64,000 nt of DNA from an uncultured Verrucomicrobiae bacterium (GTDB lineage Bacteria > Verrucomicrobiota > Verrucomicrobiia > Chthoniobacterales > UBA10450), in contig CAVWPA010000003.1 of assembly GCA_963756875.1 (NCBI GenBank), positions 1,184,001-1,248,000 on the forward strand, written 5' to 3'. Positions 38,328 through 46,440 of this stretch are shown here, piece by piece. Position 1 is the stretch's first letter; each line of letters opens with the position of its first letter. The notes under the pieces were generated by a model that saw only the letters and a list, made by a program, of their open reading frames with translations, was not told where the DNA came from and made no database searches. The position numbers were made by a program, and so were the translations under genes.

Positions 38328-40151
38328 TTGGGCAAGATCCCTTCAGATAACATAGAGCAAATCGCCGCGGCGAACGATATCGTTGAGGTGATCGGTTCGT
38401 ATTTTCCGCTCAAGCGCGCCGGGGCGAATTTCAAGGCGCTTTGCCCGTTTCACCAGGAAAAGACGCCCTCATTTCATGTCAGCCCCCAGCGGCAAACATT
38501 CCATTGCTTTGGCTGCGGGGTGGGAGGGAGCGTTTTCCGCTTCGTCATGGAATACGAGCATGTCGATTTCCCTGCCGCGGTACGCAAACTGGCTGCCCGC
38601 GTGGGCATTCCAGTCATCGAGGAGCGAGGGGCCGGCGATGAAGACCGGCAGAATGAGGCGCGGCGCATCCTGCTGCGGTTGCACGCAGAAGCGGCGGAAT
38701 GGTTTCACGAGAACCTGTTGAAGAAGGATTTTGCAAAGCCCGCGCGCGAATATTTGAAAAAGCGCGGCATCGAAAACAAGATCGCGAAAAGCTGGCGGCT
38801 TGGCTATGCGCCGGATAGTTGGGACGCATTTTTGAAATGGGGGCTTGGTCGCGGCTATTCACGCGGGGAGCTTCTGCAAAGCGGACTGGTCAAACTGCGG
38901 GATGAAGAGCGTCCGCAGAGCGACGTATACGACCGTTTCCGCGGGCGCGTCATGTTTCCGATCTGCAACGACGTGGGCGAAGTGATCGCGTTTAGCGGGC
39001 GGCTCCTGCAGAGCGACGCCGAAGCTGCGAAGTACGTGAACTCGCCGGAAACGCCGCTTTTTCGCAAAGGCAAGGTGCTTTTTGGCCTGCACAAAACGAA
39101 ACGCGCTCTGATCGACGCCAACTGCGCCATCGTTTGCGAAGGGCAGCTCGACTTAATCACCCTTTTCGAGGCCGGAATTACCAATGTCGTCGCTCCGCAG
39201 GGGACTGCCTTCACCGAAGATCAGGCGCGCCTGCTCAAGCGCTTCGTCGACGAAGCGGTGCTCTGTTTCGATGCGGACGAAGCCGGGCAGAAGGCGGCTG
39301 AACGCTCGCTTGGCGCCCTTCTCGAGAATGATTTGATTGTGCGCGTCATTGAGATGCCGCGGGGCGAAGATCCCGATTCGCTGGTTCGTCGCGATGGGAA
39401 AGAGGAATTTGAAAAGCGGGTCGTCGCGGCGCGCGATTTCTTCGATTATTGGATTGAGCGCGAAGTGGCGAATGTCGATTTGAATTCGTTGGGCGCGAAG
39501 ATGCAGGTGGCGGGCAGATTGGCGGAAACCGCATCGCGAGTTCACGACCAGCTCATGCGAGGCGAAATCGTAAACAAGGCGAGCGCGCGTCTGGGCGTTC
39601 CAGCAAGAGATTTCGAGGCACTGGTCGCCAAACAAATGCGCGAGGCGCGGCCAGGAACTTCAGCCGGAGCCGCGGGGCGCAGGGGACCGGAACCCGGTTT
39701 GTTGCCGCGGCATGATACCGCGATGCTTTGCCTGCTGGCGTTGAGGGATGAGGCGGCGCGCTCCTTTCTGCTCGAACAAACTTGGCGCGAAGTCCTCGAG
39801 CAAACTCCGGGATCGGACCTGCTTATCCGCATCCTGGAGAGCGACTTGCGCACGGAGAATCCGAGCTCGCTTAATGCTTTCATGGCCACCCTCTCACCGG
39901 AAGACGAAGGCCTGGTTTCTTCGTGGCTCCTGCAAAAGATGCCGCCGAATGCCGTGGATGTGGCGATGAGTTGGTGGACCGGTCTGCGGCAGGCGGCACT
40001 TCGACGCCAATTGGCCGTGGCGGAGGCACGAATGAAGCTTCCTCAGCTGAGCACGGGGGAAATAGTGAATTTACAGAAACAAATCCTTGACCTGCGAGGC
40101 CAACTCCACGAACTTTCGCAGTTTTCGTCTGCCCGCAAGATTGGCAGTTGA
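38328..40151 (+). CDS. dnaG: DNA primase
   Basis: CPFHQEKTPSF, CFGC, DRFRGRVMFPI, KYVNSPET, EGQLD and FDADEAG motifs. The TTG start is inferred. Confidence 0.96.
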   Translation: MGKIPSDNIEQIAAANDIVEVIGSYFPLKRAGANFKALCPFHQEKTPSFHVSPQRQTFHCFGCGVGGSVFRFVMEYEHVDFPAAVRKLAARVGIPVIEERGAGDEDRQNEARRILLRLHAEAAEWFHENLLKKDFAKPAREYLKKRGIENKIAKSWRLGYAPDSWDAFLKWGLGRGYSRGELLQSGLVKLRDEERPQSDVYDRFRGRVMFPICNDVGEVIAFSGRLLQSDAEAAKYVNSPETPLFRKGKVLFGLHKTKRALIDANCAIVCEGQLDLITLFEAGITNVVAPQGTAFTEDQARLLKRFVDEAVLCFDADEAGQKAAERSLGALLENDLIVRVIEMPRGEDPDSLVRRDGKEEFEKRVVAARDFFDYWIEREVANVDLNSLGAKMQVAGRLAETASRVHDQLMRGEIVNKASARLGVPARDFEALVAKQMREARPGTSAGAAGRRGPEPGLLPRHDTAMLCLLALRDEAARSFLLEQTWREVLEQTPGSDLLIRILESDLRTENPSSLNAFMATLSPEDEGLVSSWLLQKMPPNAVDVAMSWWTGLRQAALRRQLAVAEARMKLPQLSTGEIVNLQKQILDLRGQLHELSQFSSARKIGS

Positions 40152-40231
40152 TCCCGAGGCAGTTCAGGGGTTGATTTGCCATCCGGCGGGCGAAATCGAA
40201 CGTCCCAGTCCAATCCCTTAACCGTATCATC

Positions 40232-42073
40232 TTGGCCAGGCATTCGAAACGAAAGGCACGCATTCGCCGGTCACCGGCGAAGCGGCCGAAGCTCAAGCGC
40301 GCCCAGCGAAATGGGGCGATAAAATCTCGCGGCTCACGGCTTAAAGTGAGGCGGCCTCTGAGAATCGCGGCGTTTAAACCCAAACGCATCACTGCTCTGG
40401 TGCGTGCGCGGCGAAAATCGGGCCGCGATCTGTCGAAGCGAAAATCGGATTCCCTCCCGCAAATGCCGACTGAAGCCGACGTCCAGGTGCGCATTCGAGA
40501 ACTGATCAAGCTGGCAAAGGAGCAGGGCCATCTTACTTTTGATGATCTGAACGAAGCGTTGCCGGAGGGTGTGGCCGGAGCCGATGAGCTCGACGCCATT
40601 CTGATACGGCTGCGCCGGATGGAGATCGACATCATCGAAGCATCGGAGGTCGATCGCCACAAAGACGGAAAAAAGGACGTCGAGGAAGAAGAAGAAGAGA
40701 AAACCGAAACGAAGCTCGATATTCTGGATGACCCCGTCCGGATGTATCTGAAGCAGATGGGCCAGGTGCCATTGCTCACGCGCGAACAGGAAGTCGAGAT
40801 TTCCAAGCGGATCGAGGAAGCGGAGAACATGGTGCAGCGGCATATCAATCGATTTGGCTTCACCGCTCGCGCCCATCTCGATCTCGCCGAGAAGCTTGCG
40901 CAGGGACGGGAGCGATTTGACCGGGTGATTCTCGACAAAAAGATCGAGAGCCGTGAGCGCTACATGAAGATGTTGCCGAAGTTGTGCAAGCGGGTCGGAA
41001 AGCTAAGCGCTTCCATCACGCAGCAGTACGCCAAGCTGAATCCGGCAAAGAAGGGGAACAAGAAACTCAAGGTATTTCAACGGTCTCTCAACGGTTTACA
41101 GCGCCTCTATCCAAAATTTTATTTCAAACAGAAAGTTACTGAGGAATTCGTTCATCTGGCCGATGAATATTACCGCACACTGGTGCAGTTGCAGAATGAG
41201 ATGGCCAAGCATCGCCGGGGATCCGGCATGCGGTCGCCTCTCACTGCAAGAGCGCACGACCTGGAAAAAACAGTGTGGCTCACGGTGGATGAATACGCCG
41301 AGCAATACCAGGCCTTGAAAGGCTGGTTGCGCAAAGCGCTTAAAGCCAAGACCGAAATGGTCGAAGCCAATCTGCGTCTGGTCATCTCGATCGCGAAGAA
41401 ATATACCAACCGCGGCCTCTCATTTCTCGATCTCATCCAGGAGGGCAACATGGGCCTGATGAAAGCCGTCGAGAAGTTTGAGTATCGCCGCGGTTACAAG
41501 TTCTCCACCTATGCCACCTGGTGGATCCGCCAGGCGATTACCCGTTCCATCGCCGATCAGGCCCGGACGATTCGTATTCCCGTGCATATGATTGAGACGA
41601 TCAACAAGCTGATGCGCGTGCAGAAACAGCTTGTCCAGGAGTACGGGCGCGAACCTACGCCGGAGGAGGTGGCGGAAGAAATTCTCCTGCCGGTGGATCG
41701 CGTTCGAGCGGTCCTAAAAATGGCGCAACAACCGATCTCGCTCCAGTCGCCAATCGGCGAAAGTGAGGAGACAAACTTCGGCGATTTTATTGAAGATAAA
41801 GGCGCGGAGAATCCCAGCGACATGACGGCCATCGTTTTGTTGAAGGAGAAAATCAAGGATGTGCTTGAGACTTTGACCGAACGCGAGCGCCAGGTGCTGG
41901 AACAACGATTTGGACTCGTCGATGGCTATAGCCGGACGCTTGAAGAAGTCGGGCGCCAGTTTCGGGTTACCCGAGAGCGAATTCGACAAATCGAGGCCAA
42001 GGCGTTGCGCAAAATGCGCCATCCAACGCGCATCCGGCAGTTGGAGGGATTTCTGGAAGCGGCCGAAGCCTAG
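40232..42073 (+). CDS. rpoD: RNA polymerase primary sigma factor, with an Arg/Lys-rich N-terminal extension
   Basis: [38 protein letters not shown] and TRERIRQIE motifs. Confidence 0.96.
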   Translation: MARHSKRKARIRRSPAKRPKLKRAQRNGAIKSRGSRLKVRRPLRIAAFKPKRITALVRARRKSGRDLSKRKSDSLPQMPTEADVQVRIRELIKLAKEQGHLTFDDLNEALPEGVAGADELDAILIRLRRMEIDIIEASEVDRHKDGKKDVEEEEEEKTETKLDILDDPVRMYLKQMGQVPLLTREQEVEISKRIEEAENMVQRHINRFGFTARAHLDLAEKLAQGRERFDRVILDKKIESRERYMKMLPKLCKRVGKLSASITQQYAKLNPAKKGNKKLKVFQRSLNGLQRLYPKFYFKQKVTEEFVHLADEYYRTLVQLQNEMAKHRRGSGMRSPLTARAHDLEKTVWLTVDEYAEQYQALKGWLRKALKAKTEMVEANLRLVISIAKKYTNRGLSFLDLIQEGNMGLMKAVEKFEYRRGYKFSTYATWWIRQAITRSIADQARTIRIPVHMIETINKLMRVQKQLVQEYGREPTPEEVAEEILLPVDRVRAVLKMAQQPISLQSPIGESEETNFGDFIEDKGAENPSDMTAIVLLKEKIKDVLETLTERERQVLEQRFGLVDGYSRTLEEVGRQFRVTRERIRQIEAKALRKMRHPTRIRQLEGFLEAAEA

Positions 42074-42139
42074 CAAGGCCGGTTTTGACAGCCTCCCGGG
42101 CGCAACTTTTTGCCGTGCAGCCGGTTAAATTTTGCGACG

Positions 42140-42499
42140 ATGAGACGCGATGACGACCATGATTTGTGGGATCTTTTGGGCAAGGCTGCCCAGCCACAGC
42201 TTTCGGACTTTTTTGCCCGTGACGTAGTTCGGCGAATTCGGCAACAACCGACCGGACTTGAGTGGGCAAGGAACTGGTTCAGTTTGCGCCGGCTTATTCC
42301 CGCATCGGGCCTGGCGGTGGCCATGGCCATCGCGCTTATCCTCGCGGGGCAACATCCAAGGTCGCGGCCGGTAGCCGCCGATAGCGAGCCTGAGGTGGTG
42401 GCAAAGGTCGACCCTCAGGACTATGAGGTCGTTGCGGATCTGGATGAACTGCTCGCTGTGGACGAGAGTAGCTTGTGGGACGACAATCAAACATTGTAA
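42140..42499 (+). CDS. Single-TM hypothetical protein (anti-sigma-like architecture)
   Basis: DLWDLLGK...SDFFARDVVRRIR, one TM helix and an acidic C-terminus. Confidence 0.7.
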   Translation: MRRDDDHDLWDLLGKAAQPQLSDFFARDVVRRIRQQPTGLEWARNWFSLRRLIPASGLAVAMAIALILAGQHPRSRPVAADSEPEVVAKVDPQDYEVVADLDELLAVDESSLWDDNQTL

Positions 42500-43092
42500 C
42501 AACGCTCGCCGCGTTGTCGGTTTTGTTGACCTGCGGCCTGTCTCAAGCGCAGCCGCCACGGTCGGGCGGGCACGGCGCGGGCGGGCGTGGCGCCGGCATG
42601 GGTGGACATGGTGGCCCAGCCGGGTATGGCGCGGGTATGGGCGGCCACGGTGCGAGCGGTCAGGGCGCGGCGCATATTCGGAGTACGCCCAGACTCCAAA
42701 GCATGCAGCAGCGCTGGCATTCGCTTTCTCCAGAAGAGCGACAGATATTCCGCCGCAACGCCGAGCGGTGGATGCAGATGACTCCGGCCGAACGAAAGGT
42801 GATGCGCGAGCGTGAGAAGGCGCACCGCGAAAAGCTTAAGAGCGAAGCCGACACAATCTTGCGCCAGGAAGGCCTGCACCTCGATCAGGAAAAGCAGCAA
42901 CGATTTGAGCAACGTTACATTCAGGAGCGTCGCAAAATCGAGCGGGCATTGCACCAGGAAGTCGAAGCGAAGCGGAAAGAGGAGTTGCCCGCGTTAAACG
43001 AGCGGCTGAAAAAGGAGTTTGAGAAGTCCTCGAGCGCGACGCGTAAATCAATCTCACCCACTCCGGCGGCCTCTGCGAAGCAGGGCCACTAG
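42475..43092 (+). CDS. Exported helical protein (DUF3106-like)
   Basis: Signal peptide, Gly-rich linker and repeated WHSLSPEER / WMQMTPAER. Confidence 0.7.
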   Translation: MGRQSNIVTTLAALSVLLTCGLSQAQPPRSGGHGAGGRGAGMGGHGGPAGYGAGMGGHGASGQGAAHIRSTPRLQSMQQRWHSLSPEERQIFRRNAERWMQMTPAERKVMREREKAHREKLKSEADTILRQEGLHLDQEKQQRFEQRYIQERRKIERALHQEVEAKRKEELPALNERLKKEFEKSSSATRKSISPTPAASAKQGH

Positions 43093-43196
43093 GGGTTTCC
43101 TTCCGGAAAGCCGGTTAACCAGCGCCCGGGCGAGGAGAAAAAGAGTGAGCTGGCCCGCCGCTCGGCGAACCAGCTCAAGAGTTTGAGCGCTTTAGT

Positions 43197-43487
43197 TTAC
43201 CGCCGATGACGACCGTAGTGACGGTGCGAGTAATACGCCCGATGTCCGTAGTGCCGGTAATATACCGGGCGACCGACGCGGTACGACCCGTAGTAATGTG
43301 GCCGGTAGTATCCGTATCCGTAGTAAGGATAACCGTAAGGATATGCATAACCATAGTATGGATACGGATACGCGAGGGGAAATCCGATCCCGATACCTAC
43401 CGAAACCCCCGCATTGGAGCGAGGGGCCGAAGCGAATGCAAAACCGCCGGCTACGAGCGCGATCAATAAAAACTTTTTCCAATTCAT
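43197..43487 (-). CDS. Small exported Tyr/Gly/His-rich protein
   Basis: Signal peptide, GVSVGIGIG and a low-complexity YPY/YYG/HRH tail. Confidence 0.7.
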   Translation of the reverse strand: MNWKKFLLIALVAGGFAFASAPRSNAGVSVGIGIGFPLAYPYPYYGYAYPYGYPYYGYGYYRPHYYGSYRVGRPVYYRHYGHRAYYSHRHYGRHRR

Positions 43488-43550
43488 GGCTTCAACCTCC
43501 GAAAGACTTCCTAACATTTAACTCTAGATGAGACGCAAAGTTTCTCAAAA

Positions 43551-44594
43551 TTATTCGACGACACTGGCCGGCGCGTATCTCGGATAGCCGATAACGCAGA
43601 GATCCCGGCCAAGGCGTTGATACTGCACTCTTTCCAAAAGCGCTCCATTGCCGGGAGAATTCGCTCCACGGCCCGCGAAGGCGACGACGGGGCCCCCCGA
43701 GAAGATCGGGCCGAGATAGATTTGCACCTTGTCGATGATTTTTTCATCCAGTGCCCGCCCCAAAACATCACCACCCCCCTCGATCAACAAGCTGGTCACT
43801 TCTTTTTTGCCTAGATCGCGCAACACGGAGCTCATCGATTTACGCCGGTAAATCACCGTCCGTTCGGCAAAGCGATCGCTAAAGAGCCGGGCGCGACGCG
43901 GTAAATTTCCGGAGCGGGTGATTACGACTCGCAGGGGAGGCCTTGTCCGCCCCTGGCCGCGCACGGTCAGTCGCGGGTCGTCTTTACGCACAGTTTCTGC
44001 ACCGATAAGAATCGCATCTACACTGGCTCGCAGGGCGTGTGCGTGGTGTCTGGCTGCGGCGCTCGTGATCCATCGCGATTCTTTTGGCGGCCTTGTCAGT
44101 CGTCCGTCCAGGCTCATGCCGCACTTGGCGGTCACAAACGGCCTGCCGGTTACGATCCATTTGTTGAAGGCTTCGTTTAACAACGCACACTGGCCGGCCA
44201 GGATGCCGGTGCGCACCTCGATCCCCGCTTGTCGCAGAAGATCAATCCCGTGCCCGGCATGGCGCGGATTCACATCGATGGCGCCGATCACAACCTTTTT
44301 CACTCCGGATTTGATGATTGCATCCGTGCACGCCGGTGTCCGACCGACAGTCGAGCAGGGTTCCAGTGTCACGTATAAAGTCGCTTCCGAATGGACGGCG
44401 CGTCCGAAGGCGCCGAGACATTCCACTTCCGCATGCGGCCGGCCGGCTTGCCGATGCCGACCACGGGCGACGATGCGGCCGCGGATTACAAGAAGTGCGC
44501 CGACGGCTGGGTTTGGGCTGGTTTGGCCCAATGACTCGCGCGCTTCCTGCAGCGCGGCGCGCATAAAGAGTTCGTCATTCTGCGCTGGCAACAT
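43551..44594 (-). CDS. ribD: Bifunctional riboflavin biosynthesis deaminase/reductase
   Basis: PNPAVGA, HAE, TLEPC..GRTPAC, SLDG and EGGG motifs. Confidence 0.95.
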   Translation of the reverse strand: MLPAQNDELFMRAALQEARESLGQTSPNPAVGALLVIRGRIVARGRHRQAGRPHAEVECLGAFGRAVHSEATLYVTLEPCSTVGRTPACTDAIIKSGVKKVVIGAIDVNPRHAGHGIDLLRQAGIEVRTGILAGQCALLNEAFNKWIVTGRPFVTAKCGMSLDGRLTRPPKESRWITSAAARHHAHALRASVDAILIGAETVRKDDPRLTVRGQGRTRPPLRVVITRSGNLPRRARLFSDRFAERTVIYRRKSMSSVLRDLGKKEVTSLLIEGGGDVLGRALDEKIIDKVQIYLGPIFSGGPVVAFAGRGANSPGNGALLERVQYQRLGRDLCVIGYPRYAPASVVE

Positions 44595-44700
44595 TCAGGC
44601 ACGAATATTAGTCGGCAGGCAATTTCAGCAAATGATTTTGCCTGAGCGGAAATGCCGACTGATGTTGTTACCCTGTTGGTAGCTGGGGCCGTGGTCCCTC

Positions 44701-44779
44701 TGGAGGGGCGATCTCTGTGTCATCCCATTCATTGATTTGTGGATCGCAATTGAGGGACGGGACAGAGCCCGTCCCTCCA
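44701..44779. repeat. GGAG-type REP-like inverted doublet
   Basis: TGGAGGGGCGATCTCTGTGTCATCCC...GGGACGGGACAGAGCCCGTCCCTCCA. Confidence 0.7.
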
Positions 44780-44888
44780 AGGGACGCGCGTGCCTTTGCT
44801 TTTGCAACGCGTGGCGCGACTTCAAGCGTCGTCGTTTTGCTTTTCTGCTTGGCGAACGGCATCCGTGGCTTTACCTAGGGGATTCATC

Positions 44889-45926
44889 ATGGCGACTAAA
44901 ACCGAAGAAAAAACAGCCGAGAGCAAAGTAACGGCGGCGCGGAACAAGAATCTCGACCTCGCGATTCAACAAATTGCAAAAGACTACGGCGAGGGCGCAA
45001 TCATGCGGCTGGGGGACGAAAAGGTCGTCGACATCGACGTGATCCCGACGGGAAATATTTTGATCGATCGCGCATTGGGGGTGGGGGGATTTCCCCGAGG
45101 GCGGGTAGTCGAAGTCTATGGACCGGAATCGTCGGGCAAAACAACGCTAACGTTGACTGTCATTGCCCAGGCACAAAAGCGCGGAGGATTGGCCGCATTT
45201 ATCGACGTCGAACATGCGCTTGATCCGCAATACGCCAGAAAACTCGGGGTGAATCTGGACGACTTGCTCGTTTCTCAACCAAGTTCGGGCGAGGAAGCGC
45301 TGCGCATTTGTGAAACTCTCGTTCGCTCGAACGCTCTGGATGTGATCGTGCTGGATTCAGTCGCCGCGCTGGTGACCAGAGCCGAGTTAGAAGGCGAAAT
45401 TGGCGATGTCACGGTGGGCGCGCAAGCGCGACTGATGAGTGCAGCTTTGCGCAAACTGACTTCGCTCATCTCGAAGGCGCGCACCTGCTGTATCTTTACA
45501 AACCAAATCCGCGAGAAGATCGGCGTCATGTTCGGTAACCCGGAAACCACGCCGGGTGGCAAAGCCCTGAAATTTTACGCGAGCATGCGCGTGGACATTC
45601 GCCGCATCGGCGCCATTAAACAGACGGATGGCGTCGTTACCGGCAATCGCACCCGGATCAAAATCGTAAAGAACAAGGTGGCGCCGCCGTTCACAGAAGC
45701 GGAGTTCGACATCATGTATAACGAAGGGATTTCCTCGGTGGGCGCGCTGCTGGATGTGGCGCTGGAAAAACAGATCATCGAAAAACGTGGATCGTGGATG
45801 AACTACAAAGGGACGCAGCTTGCGCAAGGCCGCGACGCTGCCAAGGAGGTGCTGAGAAACGATTCGGCTCTTTACCAGGAAATCGAGACGGCGGTAAAGG
45901 CCAAGCTGGACGAGGAGAAAGAATAG
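44889..45926 (+). CDS. recA: Recombinase RecA
   Basis: [41 protein letters not shown] and KNKVAPPF motifs. Confidence 0.98.
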   Translation: MATKTEEKTAESKVTAARNKNLDLAIQQIAKDYGEGAIMRLGDEKVVDIDVIPTGNILIDRALGVGGFPRGRVVEVYGPESSGKTTLTLTVIAQAQKRGGLAAFIDVEHALDPQYARKLGVNLDDLLVSQPSSGEEALRICETLVRSNALDVIVLDSVAALVTRAELEGEIGDVTVGAQARLMSAALRKLTSLISKARTCCIFTNQIREKIGVMFGNPETTPGGKALKFYASMRVDIRRIGAIKQTDGVVTGNRTRIKIVKNKVAPPFTEAEFDIMYNEGISSVGALLDVALEKQIIEKRGSWMNYKGTQLAQGRDAAKEVLRNDSALYQEIETAVKAKLDEEKE

Positions 45927-46073
45927 ACCCGGAATCGAGGTGCGCGGCGAGGTTTGGCGCATCCCTACCTGTTCCAGATTCGGGAATCGCGACGATTGCT
46001 GACCGGCAGGAATCAACGCTCCAAAAATTGGATCGTGTAAAATACGACGCGGCCCTGTCGATCTGAGTACGGT

Positions 46074-46205
46074 TTAAAAGAAAAGCAGAGTTAGTAACCC
46101 GCAGAACAAAGTCGTCAGGCGCAAAACCGCGACGCTCGATCCGAAAAGGGCGAAGGCTGGTATGAGCATCCAGCTTTTCAACGCTCCAAGATAAAACTGA
46201 ACAAG
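46074..46205 (-). pseudogene. Possible remnant of an ArnT/GT39-like membrane glycosyltransferase
   Basis: YLGALKSWMLIPAFALFGSSVAVLRLTTLFCGLLTLLFF* resembles the FG.S...LR helix of GT39 proteins, but it is an isolated fragment. Confidence 0.4.
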
Positions 46206-46321
46206 TTCCGCTCGGCATTTTGGACCTGCCGCAGCATGACCGGGACAGAGCGACATTTCTAGTTGGAAATCTGCGCACGCACCGTCAATTTTCCGCTATC
46301 GTAATGCCGAGGAGAGGTGAC

Positions 46322-46432
46322 ATGACGAAGCACGAATGCCGAATGACGAAGGAAGCTGAAAGCCCGAATGACCACGCGTTCCCGCACGGGGCCTGTTTCT
46401 TCGCCTTGGGCTTCGTCATTCATTCGTCATTT
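46322..46432. repeat. Heptamer-type (CGAATGM) tandem-repeat hairpin upstream of alaS
   Basis: ATGACGAAGCACGAATGCCGAATGACGAA...GGGCTTCGTCATTCATTCGTCAT. Confidence 0.75.
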
Positions 46433-46440
46433 GCCCCGTG

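Noticed and set aside
44595..44888. FMN riboswitch before ribD, or a Verrucomicrobia-type LexA box (TGTTC-N4-GAACA) before recA
   Set aside because: Neither motif is visible; the spacer contains a REP-like doublet instead.
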